A DNA stretch of 54,540 nucleotides from Oligoflexaceae bacterium. GTDB taxonomy: Bacteria > Bdellovibrionota_B > Oligoflexia > Oligoflexales > Oligoflexaceae. Shown here piece by piece: positions 36,898-46,892 of the stretch; position 1 is the stretch's first letter, and every line of letters begins with the position of its first letter. The notes under the pieces were generated by a model. It was not told the DNA's origin. It made no database searches and worked only from the letters and a program-made list of their open reading frames with translations. The translations under genes were made by a program, and so were the position numbers. Where the stretch lies: the NCBI GenBank assembly GCA_947454545.1, contig CANGNB010000001.1:1-54540 (forward strand), in the 5' to 3' direction.

Positions 36898-37151
36898 AAG
36901 AGCTCCGCAGGAGGTTCAGGACTCACAACCCCTTATATGCCAAAAAGACTTTCCCCAATGAACTCTGAATGCGCTTTCTCAGGCTAAACTTGCCAGATCT
37001 TGAGGATTCTACAGGATTGAAGCAAAATTCAGGTGCAGTCTGCCTCTGGTTCTGCTACTAGATGGCGGATTTGTCGGTATAGGTTTTCGCAGCTCGCTGC
37101 GCGAAGAGCAGCATTCCGGACGAACGTCTGAACAGGGAAAAACACGGCATC

Positions 37152-37895
37152 ATGACACATATTAAACACCTCTTACTCACCCTCCAGATGGCGACACTCG
37201 TCTTCATAGGCACCCTCACAGCTCACATCGATCAGGCTCTGGCTTACACAGATATGACATCAAAGCCTGCTCTTCACGAAAACGAATCGATAGCCGAACC
37301 AACTCCTCTTATGGACAAGAGCATAAGTTTCGATTTATACAGCGCCTCCTTTTTCAAGGAGCAGGAAAATATTCTAAGCCTCGGAGATACCTACGAGATT
37401 TTTAAAAATCTAAAATTTCCGAACACACTCCTCGAGCAGGACGACCAAGTCGCACGTTTTCGATTCCGGGGCCTGACCCTAAGCTTTGCAAAAAGCACTT
37501 CTAACCTTTGCTTCAACAGTCTCGCTCGGCCCCTAATCGACTCCGATGTGCTCACTGCGATCGAACTCACACCGGAGTATCAGCACCGGGTCATCCTTGT
37601 GCTCCCGGCATCAGGCTCCATTTTGGAGCTGAGCCTGGCCTCAGGTGAAGGCAAGACTGGAAGCACGGAGAGCTTGGGTATCCTTTTGAAGAAGGCTAAG
37701 GCACTTTTTGAAAAAGAGTTTTCTGAGACTAAAACCAAGGTTTTGACCAGCCAGATTTACAATGCCTCCCCGAATCAATTGACATATGAATTGATTTTTC
37801 AGTCGACAAGCACGAACCAGCGCGTAATCATGACTGCTGACACTCAACGTGGAAATTTGAATCTCAAGGTAGAAACCTTAAGCAAGATGCTGTGA
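37152..37895 (+). CDS. Hypothetical exported protein
   Basis: 247-aa ORF with a signal-like N-terminus ending ALA. No recognisable family motif. Confidence 0.6.
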   Translation: MTHIKHLLLTLQMATLVFIGTLTAHIDQALAYTDMTSKPALHENESIAEPTPLMDKSISFDLYSASFFKEQENILSLGDTYEIFKNLKFPNTLLEQDDQVARFRFRGLTLSFAKSTSNLCFNSLARPLIDSDVLTAIELTPEYQHRVILVLPASGSILELSLASGEGKTGSTESLGILLKKAKALFEKEFSETKTKVLTSQIYNASPNQLTYELIFQSTSTNQRVIMTADTQRGNLNLKVETLSKML

Positions 37896-37947
37896 CACCC
37901 TAAGACCTGAAATTGAGTTTGGGCTTACGGTGAGATGGGGAAACCTC

Positions 37948-38940
37948 ATGAATCGAGTCCAAAGTCACGCAGGTTTGTGTGTTGCACTCTTTGTGCTAAG
38001 CTTTTTTTTATGCTGGTCTTTCGGTGGCATTGAAGCTTACCCCTGGGAGCTCCTGCATCCCTCCCATCAGTCACAATCTTATATTCTGCTCTTTATTCGT
38101 CTGCCTCGCATAGTCTGCGCTTGTCTTGTTGGGGCAGCTCTGGGTGCTGCTGGTGTCTTAACTCAAGGGCTCTTTCGCAATCCTTTGGCAAGCCCCTCCT
38201 TGCTCGGCATAAGCAGTGGCGGCGTTCTAGGCGCTTGTCTTGCTCTTTTTCTTGGATTTGAGAGCTGGAATAACTGGCTTCACCCCCTCTGCGCATTTCT
38301 TGGCTGCTTTTTAAGTCTCCTCTGTGTCCTCTCTATGAGCCGTCGCATTCAAGCCTATGCCACTGAAGATCTTCTTCTGATCGGTTTTGCTTTGAACGGC
38401 ATTTTGAGTGCAGCTAGCTCCCTACTCCTTTCCATCGCCCTTCATGAACCAAATAAAAGTGCAAGCATCATGAATTGGATGCTCGGAACTTTAAGCGGCA
38501 AAACCTGGAATCATAACATGTTTGCAGTCCTGCCTATAGCCATCGCACTCCTTGCTGCCTGGAGGCTCGCCTATCCGCTCAATGTCCTAGCTTTGGGTGC
38601 TGAAAATGCCTGCTCTGTAGGCTTGAATATAGCAACCGTGCGACGTCAAGGTATGCTCGTCATCGCGCTTTTAGTGACTGTTTCTGTAACACTGGGAGGG
38701 TTACTTCCTTTTGTGGGACTCATTGTTCCGCACGTAAGCCGTCTGCTAGTTGGTCCGGATCACCGAAAACTATTACCCCTTTCGGCCCTTAATGGGGCTA
38801 CGCTCGTCATGAGCAGTGACCTTGTCGCTCGAACACTTATAGCACCTCTGGAAATTCAAGTGGGGGCCCTCATATCACTCTTTGGTTCTCCCTTTTTCCT
38901 TTGGCTCTATTTTCAGGAAAGGCGAAAGACTCAGCGATGA
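37948..38940 (+). CDS. FecCD/BtuC/HmuU-family (heme, siderophore or B12) ABC permease
   Basis: IRLPR....LVGAAL..AG...QGLFRNPLA.P..LG.SSG, W.LG.L, FVGLIVPH..R...G.DHR and G.PFF. Confidence 0.95.
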   Translation: MNRVQSHAGLCVALFVLSFFLCWSFGGIEAYPWELLHPSHQSQSYILLFIRLPRIVCACLVGAALGAAGVLTQGLFRNPLASPSLLGISSGGVLGACLALFLGFESWNNWLHPLCAFLGCFLSLLCVLSMSRRIQAYATEDLLLIGFALNGILSAASSLLLSIALHEPNKSASIMNWMLGTLSGKTWNHNMFAVLPIAIALLAAWRLAYPLNVLALGAENACSVGLNIATVRRQGMLVIALLVTVSVTLGGLLPFVGLIVPHVSRLLVGPDHRKLLPLSALNGATLVMSSDLVARTLIAPLEIQVGALISLFGSPFFLWLYFQERRKTQR

Positions 38941-39722
38941 CTACACTTTTTAGCGGCCTCGAGATTTCGCTCAAAATTGCTGGAAAAACTTTGCTGAATA
39001 ATGTCTCGCTTGCGATTCCAGCAGCTCAGATCACGGTGCTCATGGGACCTAATGGAGCAGGTAAAACTCTGCTTTTAAAGGTCCTTGCTGGAATGCTTTC
39101 TCCGCATGAAGGGCGATTAGAAGGAGCCGATGGACTTCCACTGCTCCTGGGAGATGAAAAGGAATGGGCCCTGTGGAGAACTTGGGTACCGTCCAGCCAG
39201 ACGCTTCCCTTCGATTTTAAAGTCATAGATCTCGTGCAGATGGGACGCTTATCTCTCCATCAGGGCTTTCCGGGAGCAACTGATCTAAAGGCTTCTCTGG
39301 AAGCGCTTCGCAAGCTTGGCATTGAGCACCTGAAGGATCGCAGCTTTAACTCACTGAGTAGAGGTGAGCAAACGAAAGTTGATATTGCTCGAGCGATTGC
39401 CCACACAGCTTCCCTGTTAATCTTAGACGAACCGTTTGCAAACCTGGATATAGATTCTCAATTACATCTCAGCAAAGTTCTCCGATCTCTCGTAAAAGAA
39501 GGTCGGACTGTCTTATTATCGCATCACGATCTCTATTCTATTCCAAGACTCGCCGACAGTGTTGCCTTTATAAAACAAGGACAGTTGATCGCAGCTGGAC
39601 CGAAAGCCGATGTATTCATACCTTCACTGATCCATCAAGTCTTTGGTGTCCAAGTCACGATGTGTCAGCATCCAAAAGGCCAAACGCTGCTCGTGACCGA
39701 CATGCAAGATATGATGGAATGA
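38937..39722 (+). CDS. FecE/HmuV/BtuD-like ABC ATP-binding protein
   Basis: GPNGAGKT, F.F.V.DLV.MGR, LSRGE signature variant, LDEP..NLD and HD. ATGA overlap with the permease. Confidence 0.9.
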   Translation: MTTLFSGLEISLKIAGKTLLNNVSLAIPAAQITVLMGPNGAGKTLLLKVLAGMLSPHEGRLEGADGLPLLLGDEKEWALWRTWVPSSQTLPFDFKVIDLVQMGRLSLHQGFPGATDLKASLEALRKLGIEHLKDRSFNSLSRGEQTKVDIARAIAHTASLLILDEPFANLDIDSQLHLSKVLRSLVKEGRTVLLSHHDLYSIPRLADSVAFIKQGQLIAAGPKADVFIPSLIHQVFGVQVTMCQHPKGQTLLVTDMQDMME

Positions 39723-39728
39723 GTGAAT

Positions 39729-40538
39729 TTATGAATCTTTTCCTAACTCCATAGATCTCAAGGTAGCTTTTTCAACTGCATTCACAAACATAGAGCGAAG
39801 ACCACGCTCTTCAAGCTCGTGCAGGGCAGAGATTGTAGTACCAGCAGGAGTCGTGACCTGATCTTTCAAAATTGCGGGATGGAGGCCTGTATGCTTCACC
39901 AAACCTGCTGCTCCCAAGACTGTCTGAGTCGAAAGCTTAAAGGCTAAATCACGGGGCATTCCCATCTTTACACCACCATCTGTGAGGGCTTCAATCACCA
40001 TGTAAATATACGCGGGTCCACTTCCTGAAAGCCCAGTCACCGCATCCATGAGAGATTCCTTCGTCCAAAAAGCCTCACCCACTCCCCGAAATATTTCTTC
40101 CGCTTTGTGCTTATGAGCACCTTCACAATGCTCGTTGGCACACATTGCTGTTGCAGCCTCTCCGATCACTGCAGCAATATTTGGCATAGCCCGAATGATC
40201 GGCCCCTGGAATTGTAGCTCACGACCTATAGTCCCTGTCTTCTTACCGGCTAAAATCGAGATGACGAGACACTCAGGCCCCAACTTACCTGCCAACGTTT
40301 GGACAATACCCGAGAGGTCCTGGGGCTTCACACAGAGAACGAGCGTGTTGTGGTCTAACTTGACCTCGGACAACGATTTGAGCCCAAAGACTTTTTGTCC
40401 ATCAACAAGACTATCGACACGAGCTGCATCGACATCAAACACATCAAGAGGAAGCTGGAGCTTGCTTTTAGGATTTTTCAATCCGCGAACCAGCGCCCCA
40501 CCCATGTTACCAAGACCTATGATAGTCATTCGCTCCAT
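39729..40538 (-). CDS. proC: Pyrroline-5-carboxylate reductase
   Basis: IGLGNMG, VKPQ, RAMPN, TGLSGSGPAY and VTTPAGTT. ATG at 40538. Confidence 0.97.
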   Translation of the reverse strand: MERMTIIGLGNMGGALVRGLKNPKSKLQLPLDVFDVDAARVDSLVDGQKVFGLKSLSEVKLDHNTLVLCVKPQDLSGIVQTLAGKLGPECLVISILAGKKTGTIGRELQFQGPIIRAMPNIAAVIGEAATAMCANEHCEGAHKHKAEEIFRGVGEAFWTKESLMDAVTGLSGSGPAYIYMVIEALTDGGVKMGMPRDLAFKLSTQTVLGAAGLVKHTGLHPAILKDQVTTPAGTTISALHELEERGLRSMFVNAVEKATLRSMELGKDS

Positions 40539-40648
40539 ATTAACTCCATTTGACGTGGCAAATCCTCGCATTATTGCTTATGCTGGAAGTAGGCTAAGAA
40601 GGCAAAGTCGTTACCTGACGGAGTTGAACATTGGTCCGCCTAAGCTTG

Positions 40649-41482
40649 ATGAGACCCTATACCTACATTCTACCGATACTGGTCAGCACATCGCTGACGT
40701 CACCATCTTATGCTCAATTAGTTTCTGATAACAGCTCCTTTACGGGAGAACAAGAAACCAAGCCACTGACTCTTGCTCAAGCGACGAAATCGAAGCCTTT
40801 ACCCCCAAAACCAGCTCCCTTAAAACCAAAAGTACAGCAAAAATCTTCGGGAAAAGCTCAACATGGTGACAGCTTTTTTCCGTGGTTTGATGACTTCGAT
40901 GATTTGTCTCTACCTTTTTCGAACAAAAAATATAGCCAAACTGTAAGCTTGGACTTGATGGCAGAAAATATTGGACCTGGCCTCGGGCTAAGCTACGGCT
41001 TGATGCTCAGCGATAGGCTAGAAGGTAGCGTGGGATTCCGAACAAATCAAGCCTCTCTCAAGGGAAAATCTGAGGATTCTGTCCAAGAATCTATTAGCAT
41101 CTCAACTCAGACACTTGATACTTTTCTATCCTATAAAACTAGCCCTTGGATTTTTCCGTCTGCCGGACTTTCCATGCGTTTTTCCAGAGGCCAATATGGA
41201 TGGCGAGGACCCGATATATTCGGAAATTTTAATGCCAATCTTCTTACAGCAGATGCTAGACTCAGTAGTGAGTGGGTCTTTCATGAACGCTATCACGCTG
41301 TGATTCATTGGCTCGGGATTGGATTTCCCATGTTTGGAACATTTGCAGTTGAATCTACGGATGGTCTAGAAGACGTCACCAAGTTTTATACTTCAGTTGC
41401 ACCTAAAACCAGGATTTTTCAAGAATTAAAATCACAGATCCTACTTAACTACTTGAACCTTCAACTTGGCTTTTCTTTTTAA
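40649..41482 (+). CDS. Hypothetical outer-membrane beta-barrel protein
   Basis: Signal peptide (SYA), a P/K-rich linker, amphipathic strands and the C-terminal beta-signal LNLQLGFSF. Confidence 0.65.
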   Translation: MRPYTYILPILVSTSLTSPSYAQLVSDNSSFTGEQETKPLTLAQATKSKPLPPKPAPLKPKVQQKSSGKAQHGDSFFPWFDDFDDLSLPFSNKKYSQTVSLDLMAENIGPGLGLSYGLMLSDRLEGSVGFRTNQASLKGKSEDSVQESISISTQTLDTFLSYKTSPWIFPSAGLSMRFSRGQYGWRGPDIFGNFNANLLTADARLSSEWVFHERYHAVIHWLGIGFPMFGTFAVESTDGLEDVTKFYTSVAPKTRIFQELKSQILLNYLNLQLGFSF

Positions 41483-42366
41483 CTGACAAAGGTCACACAA
41501 CCACATACTTTTTGAAATCCAAGATTCTGATAGAGTCTGTTAGAACTTGGGTTAGACTGATCAGCGTATAAAAAGACCGTTTGAACACTTTCTTTTTCAA
41601 GAATATCCTGCGCCATTTGACTAACAAGAACCCGAGCATAGGCTCGCCCCCTCAATTCTGGTGGAGTATAGACATACGAGATACACCTTGCATTTGGGAT
41701 ACTGCGCGTTTTGGCTGCGATTGAGAGCAAGCGACCCCGATGAAAAAGACCATAAAAGCAATGTTTCTGATAGCTCCTGTTGACTTCATCTTTTTTTACT
41801 CTTTTCCGCATAGTTTCACGGATAAATCCTTCAATACTTCGATAGACTTCACGATCCAGGCGCTCAATCTTTTTGAAATAAAATTGAGGTTCCTCGATTT
41901 TTGTGAGCGTATCTTGATCGACTTTATAAAGATGAGTTGTAAGACTGACGTGATCTAAGTAACCCATACCCTGTGCAACTTCTTTCCATTGCCCAGCAAA
42001 GGGTTCATGGAGAGTTAAAACATGAGCTTTAGGAAATTGTTTCCGCAAAATCTTGACCAGATCGATATCAAACACAACTTTATCCCTATGGCACATCATA
42101 AGTTCAAATTCCGACTCCAAGACACAGACTGGCACGGGATGGGATGGTCGAGAAAAAAGCCACATCTGAGGCATGCTATACGAATCTTGATTTTGTGATT
42201 CCGAGGTTTGAATGAAAGAGATGAAACGATTATTGAGGAGTTCGAACTCTCGCAAGTGCTTTTTCCAGTCATCAAAAGTGACTGAATCCTCAATGAGCCG
42301 AGCAGCCCACGGATTTTGCTGCAACATTTCAGAATGCTGAGTTGAAATACTCACAACCAAATCCAT
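41479..42366 (-). CDS. GNAT acetyltransferase (FR47-like C-terminal domain)
   Basis: ISYVYTPPELRGRAYA..LV and LYAD..NP.SN.LY..LGF. Confidence 0.88.
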   Translation of the reverse strand: MDLVVSISTQHSEMLQQNPWAARLIEDSVTFDDWKKHLREFELLNNRFISFIQTSESQNQDSYSMPQMWLFSRPSHPVPVCVLESEFELMMCHRDKVVFDIDLVKILRKQFPKAHVLTLHEPFAGQWKEVAQGMGYLDHVSLTTHLYKVDQDTLTKIEEPQFYFKKIERLDREVYRSIEGFIRETMRKRVKKDEVNRSYQKHCFYGLFHRGRLLSIAAKTRSIPNARCISYVYTPPELRGRAYARVLVSQMAQDILEKESVQTVFLYADQSNPSSNRLYQNLGFQKVCGCVTFVS

Positions 42367-42378
42367 CAGAATCTGCTG

Positions 42379-44736
42379 CTATTTATGTTTAAATGTAAAC
42401 ACACCGTCCCATTTTGGACCTGGAGATTCATCACGATAAGCCTCTATCCGCTCGATATAAAGCATGGTCGCTTTGTCATCGGGTTTAAGCTGAAGACACT
42501 CATGAAAGCAATTATACGCAGCATTCCAGTCCTGTCTAGTGTAGGACTGACGACCCGATTCAAAAAATTCGATAAATTTCTCTATAAGCTCGGGGCGAGG
42601 TAAAAAATCCCTTCGCATCAGTTGGTAGACTTTTACAGGTTCATTTTTTCCTTTCACGCGAATATCATCTAAATCGCGACAATAGAAACGACCTTTGGGA
42701 AGAGCTCGGTAAGTAAATTCACTGATCATAATTTTGATGCCGTACTCTTTGGTCAAGCCCTCTAAGCGCGAGCCTAAATTTACTGCATCACCCATTACTG
42801 TATAAGCAAATCTCTCAAGAGAGCCCATATTACCGACTGACATGGGTCCCGTATTGAGCCCAATTCCAATATCGATATCAGGAAAACCTTTTCTCTTGAA
42901 TTCACGCTTCAAAACTTCCAGTGCATCCAACATATCCAACGCTGCTTGACACGCAGTTTCTGCAGGATTTTCTAAATCCAAAGGAGCGCCCCAGAAAGCC
43001 ATCACAGCATCGCCGATATATTTATCAAGCACGCCTTTGCTTCGCAAAATGATCGAAGTCATAGGAGTGAAATACTCATTCATAAACTCACACAGTTTCT
43101 CTGGAGAGAGGGATTCTGAGATCGTGGTAAATCCTCGAACATCAGAGAAAAACACCGTCAGCTCTTTTTTCTGGCCACCTAATCTGAGGTGATCGGGATT
43201 TTGAAGAACTTGATCAATCACCTCAGGACTCAGATAGTGCTGAAAAACACCTTTCACGCGCTTCTTCTCTCGCTCCTCTGTCATATATTTGTATATAGTC
43301 ACAACGATGAACATGAATATGATTTCTACAAAGGGAATTGCCAAATAGGCCCAAATCCCATTTTCAAACCATAGATACTTGTCAATATAGTAGTAGACCA
43401 AAAGGAAGAAGAGTGCTGCCACCCCAGACGTTACTGCTGAAGTAAAGACCAGAATGAGCATAAAGGTTAAGCCTACTCCCAAAATGACCAATCGTTCGAT
43501 CAAGAATATCGAAGCTGGTCTTTGAAAGAACTTGCCCGTAATAATATTGTCAATCATAGCCGCATGGTTTTCAACACCATCGATCGAAGAATCCAATGGA
43601 TTTGGTCTGATATCATTTGTACCTGTAGCAGTAGCCCCAAGCAGAAGAACACTTCCCTTTAGAGCTGCTTTTTCCTGAACTGTAAATGAATTATTGTAAG
43701 CATCAGCCAAACTAAAATGATGAAACGCTCGCCCTCTCCCCCTATGATTGATGAGAGCTCGTCCTTGCCCATGGGCATCGATAGGTATTTTGATGATATC
43801 GGATTCATCAGTTCGCTTGACTAGCTCCAAACTTTCGATACCATCGCCATTACAAAATACAAAGATCTCCCTATCAAGATATTCAGCAACTGTTTTTAGT
43901 GCCAAAGAAGGCATGAGCTTACCGTTAACGTGAGCAACCAAAGTGATCCATCGATTGATGGCATCATCATCCGCATCGTTATTAAAGAATGCGAAATAGG
44001 GGGTAGCCTGAGAGATGTACTCATGGTTGCTAACTATACCATAAGCCTTTGCCAACAGGTAATCATCCAGCGTTCGATTGCTCGGTATATCCAGGTTTGC
44101 GATAGAAGAGGATTCCATCCTACTGAATCCTTCAAATCTAGGCCTTTCCCCAAGATTATTCACTGCTTCACGCTCAGTACCAAAATAAAAATAGCCTAAA
44201 ACAATATTTCCAAATTCCTTCAATCCCTCGTAAAAAACCTTATCAGAAGGGCTCAAAGCTCGCATTTTTTTAAATTCAGGCATGGCTCGACCCAAGTCTT
44301 CAGGCTTCATCGAAGCTTGTAGATTCAAGAATTCGGGTTCAAAATCTTCTATTTTAGCTTTTTCCGCCTCTACATAAATTGAGTCAAAACCTATCCATTG
44401 GACACCTAGACTTTTCAAGTTTCGTAAAGCTTGTGCATAGTACCTGCGTGGAAAAGGATAAGAACCAAATTCTTTCAATGATTTTTCATCTATAGCCAAA
44501 ATACCGACTTTGGTAGGTTCCTTTCGCTCTCCCCTTAGTCGCATCTTGAGGTCAAAAATTTTGCTTTCTATAAGGTAGACATAATCTTGCTGATGAGCAC
44601 TTACAATAGCCCGACTGAATCGATAGTAATGTGCCATGAGAAAGTAATAGCTCAGCCCAATAACAAGAGAGCATATAAGAACAATCGGCAAATTCCTTTT
44701 GGAAAATTGAATGAGGCTTGCCCTTAAATTTTTCAC
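42379..44736 (-). CDS. CHASE2-domain membrane class III adenylate cyclase with a C-terminal TPR-like tail
   Basis: CHASE2 motifs (ILAIDEKSL..FG.YPFPR, D.D...R, VLLGATA, GVE.HA..I.NI), three TMs, and cyclase motifs FSDVRGFT, DKYIGDAVMA.W and YTVMGD.VN..SRLEG (Lys/Thr pair indicates ATP specificity). GTG start. Confidence 0.93.
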   Translation of the reverse strand: MKNLRASLIQFSKRNLPIVLICSLVIGLSYYFLMAHYYRFSRAIVSAHQQDYVYLIESKIFDLKMRLRGERKEPTKVGILAIDEKSLKEFGSYPFPRRYYAQALRNLKSLGVQWIGFDSIYVEAEKAKIEDFEPEFLNLQASMKPEDLGRAMPEFKKMRALSPSDKVFYEGLKEFGNIVLGYFYFGTEREAVNNLGERPRFEGFSRMESSSIANLDIPSNRTLDDYLLAKAYGIVSNHEYISQATPYFAFFNNDADDDAINRWITLVAHVNGKLMPSLALKTVAEYLDREIFVFCNGDGIESLELVKRTDESDIIKIPIDAHGQGRALINHRGRGRAFHHFSLADAYNNSFTVQEKAALKGSVLLLGATATGTNDIRPNPLDSSIDGVENHAAMIDNIITGKFFQRPASIFLIERLVILGVGLTFMLILVFTSAVTSGVAALFFLLVYYYIDKYLWFENGIWAYLAIPFVEIIFMFIVVTIYKYMTEEREKKRVKGVFQHYLSPEVIDQVLQNPDHLRLGGQKKELTVFFSDVRGFTTISESLSPEKLCEFMNEYFTPMTSIILRSKGVLDKYIGDAVMAFWGAPLDLENPAETACQAALDMLDALEVLKREFKRKGFPDIDIGIGLNTGPMSVGNMGSLERFAYTVMGDAVNLGSRLEGLTKEYGIKIMISEFTYRALPKGRFYCRDLDDIRVKGKNEPVKVYQLMRRDFLPRPELIEKFIEFFESGRQSYTRQDWNAAYNCFHECLQLKPDDKATMLYIERIEAYRDESPGPKWDGVFTFKHK

Positions 44737-44783
44737 CTTTAGGCCCTCTGTTTTTGACCATAAGTAGTTTACAATTTAGCTAG

Positions 44784-44810
44784 GAATCGGCAACTTTTAC
44801 CGAAACTGAA
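44784..44810 (-). promoter_or_regulatory. Candidate sigma28 (FliA) promoter for the adenylate cyclase
   Basis: Minus strand TTCAGTTT-N11-GCCGATTC against the consensus TAAAGTTT-N11-GCCGATAA (6/8 and 6/8, exact spacing). Confidence 0.45.
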
Positions 44811-44827
44811 GACAGGCGGACGACTTT

Positions 44828-45409
44828 ATGGAACTTCAAAGAGAGCCCGTTATTGAACTGGAACCCCAAACTCAGCCAAAGACCCTCAAGGAATACGCTA
44901 CTCTTCAAAAGATGACAGAGAATCAAGTTTGGGAACTCATTGAAGAGGGCGAGCTATCAGCCCGTTTCCTCAACGAAAGCATCTTTGTTTTTCAGGAACC
45001 TAAAATAGCCGATGAACTCCCAAAAGATGCTGATTTATCGTCCAATTTTCTATCTTTATCTTCTGAGACCAGTCCCTGTGAGCCAGGCATTTCTCCTTCA
45101 CAACTACTAAACAATGCTGAAAGCATCCCTAGTGAGTTGCAGGATTCTGAATCCATCCAGCACTTTTATGACTCTCTGGCGCTCACTCGCGAAGCCCACC
45201 AGCATGCTTTGGAAGTTTACCAAAAGCTTCTCAAGTCAAAAGACGAGATAATGACTCTAAAAGATGAGAAAATTGCTGCATTAGAAGCCCAAATTGCTGA
45301 GGGAAACACTATCATCAAGCAGATGCAGCGTGAACTTGAAAATTACGCAACTCTTCTCAAGATATCTAAAAATCCTGACATCTTAAGAACTGTCTACTCA
45401 GGCCCATAG
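44828..45409 (+). CDS. Hypothetical protein with an N-terminal HTH-like segment and a C-terminal coiled coil (DUF3972-like architecture)
   Basis: TLKEYA......ENQVWELIEEGELSAR resembles a MerR/excisionase-type HTH. The C-terminus is heptad-rich (LLKSKDEIMTLKDEKIAALE). Confidence 0.6.
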   Translation: MELQREPVIELEPQTQPKTLKEYATLQKMTENQVWELIEEGELSARFLNESIFVFQEPKIADELPKDADLSSNFLSLSSETSPCEPGISPSQLLNNAESIPSELQDSESIQHFYDSLALTREAHQHALEVYQKLLKSKDEIMTLKDEKIAALEAQIAEGNTIIKQMQRELENYATLLKISKNPDILRTVYSGP

Positions 45410-45451
45410 CAAGCCTCAATTTCCCATCATCGTTGACTCGAAAGTTTTTCC

Positions 45452-45478
45452 TCAAGGAAATTTCGCCATTGTCGATAA
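45452..45478 (+). promoter_or_regulatory. Candidate sigma28 (FliA) promoter
   Basis: TCAA-N15-GTCGATAA against TAAA-N15-GCCGATAA (one mismatch per box, exact spacing), 42 nt before the start codon. Confidence 0.6.
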
Positions 45479-45520
45479 TTACCTAGAAGGTAAGATTCCG
45501 ATTCAGGCGGAGATTGCATC

Positions 45521-46741
45521 TTGAGACATGGACTTATTAAAACATTGTCACTCTTGGTTCTCGGCTTTTTAGCGAGACCTCTCTCTGCTCAGGAACTTTA
45601 CGAGCCTTTCATTGCCGTTCGACCTTCAGCTGTTGGAGGTGCTTTCACGGCAATCGCCAACGACGAAAATGCTACATGGACAAATCCTGCTGGCATTACT
45701 CGCATCAGAAAGGCACGCTCCCGAAGAAATATCGACTTAATCTCAGCTCCTAATCTGATTTTGGGTGCCAATAGTAAAAGCCGTGAATTTGTCACCGTTC
45801 TAAACTCTGGCAGTAGCGCAGGTGTTGAGCAGGTCGCAGCGCAAGCCGATAGTCTGGGTAGCAAGCCCTTTTGGGCATATACCGGCCTCGCTCCCATGTC
45901 CTTTTTGGAAGTCGATGATGTCCCCATGATTGTTGGTCTTTACTCCGCTAACACCCTGAGCTCAGCACTTTCTGCTGTCGACAGTAGCGTCGCTGACACT
46001 CATGTATATTCAGACCTTGGCGTGATTGTAGGAGCCGCCTACGACCACCCCAGCCATCGCTTAAGTCTTGGCATAACGACTCGGTATATGACTCGCTATG
46101 CTTTCGAAGACAAGATCCCCCTTACAGTCTTAAGTGATCCCAAATCTTTGCAGACTGCTGTTAAAAACGGGGCAAATAAATCTGCTGCCTTTGCTTACGA
46201 TCTAGGCTTCCTATGGACGCTCGCAGATTTTTGGTTCCCTACTTTCGGTGTGGCTATCTTAAATGGCCCAACAGGTTGCAAGGGCGACTATTTAAATCCT
46301 TACAGCAAGAAGAGAGAAAGAACATGCGGGACCAAGTATTCGGGGAGCTTTGCTAATGCCGAAGCTCTCTCGACGCTTGACCCAACGGATATTCGAGTGG
46401 GGCTTTCGATCACTCCCCGATTTGGGAGGAGCTTTGCAACAAAGATTGCTCTGGATGCACACCATCTTGCCACGATGGTAGGAGGAAGTTCCTATGGTTT
46501 GCAGAATATTGCTGCTTCAAAAAAGCTTCATGCAGGAATTGAGTTTTTCACAGGAAACCCTCTTACCCCACCTCCGTTTTCCATCGGGTTTGGTATGAGT
46601 CAAGGGTTTTACACCTTTGGAATGAAAACGCAGATCAGTAAGATGTCTCTCGAATTTGCGAGTCTTGGGAAAGATATCTCCGCTTCAGCCGGCCCTCTGG
46701 AAGATCGCCGCTATTTAGGCTCCCTCTCCTTTATGTGGTGA
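45521..46741 (+). CDS. Outer-membrane beta-barrel protein of the FadL/PorV/TraF-like superfamily
   Basis: Signal peptide. N-terminal R..A.GGAFTAIAND.NA...NPAG plug motif, amphipathic strands and a terminal aromatic residue (YLGSLSFMW). TTG start after GGAG. Confidence 0.75.
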   Translation: MRHGLIKTLSLLVLGFLARPLSAQELYEPFIAVRPSAVGGAFTAIANDENATWTNPAGITRIRKARSRRNIDLISAPNLILGANSKSREFVTVLNSGSSAGVEQVAAQADSLGSKPFWAYTGLAPMSFLEVDDVPMIVGLYSANTLSSALSAVDSSVADTHVYSDLGVIVGAAYDHPSHRLSLGITTRYMTRYAFEDKIPLTVLSDPKSLQTAVKNGANKSAAFAYDLGFLWTLADFWFPTFGVAILNGPTGCKGDYLNPYSKKRERTCGTKYSGSFANAEALSTLDPTDIRVGLSITPRFGRSFATKIALDAHHLATMVGGSSYGLQNIAASKKLHAGIEFFTGNPLTPPPFSIGFGMSQGFYTFGMKTQISKMSLEFASLGKDISASAGPLEDRRYLGSLSFMW

Positions 46742-46892
46742 CATCACTTCAAAGCAAACATTTAGGTAAGTCCGCGCTATCGTCCGCTGTTCTCACTGGG
46801 CAGATGTATCGCACTCGTGTATAAAGATATGCATATCAAACGCTTTTAGGATCAGGTGTTTGGTGTTTTTGACCTAGCGTGACAGGTACACT

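Noticed and set aside
36900-37150. Cobalamin riboswitch or Fur box upstream of the FecCD-type transporter
   Set aside because: Only an isolated AACAGGGAA is present. There is no GCCCCCGC.ACTGT or B12-box, and no GATAATGAT-like inverted repeat.
45521-46741. TraF-like barrel as evidence of a conjugative element
   Set aside because: There is no relaxase, T4SS gene, integrase or att repeat, and no visible compositional shift. The plug motif is shared by many chromosomal barrels.
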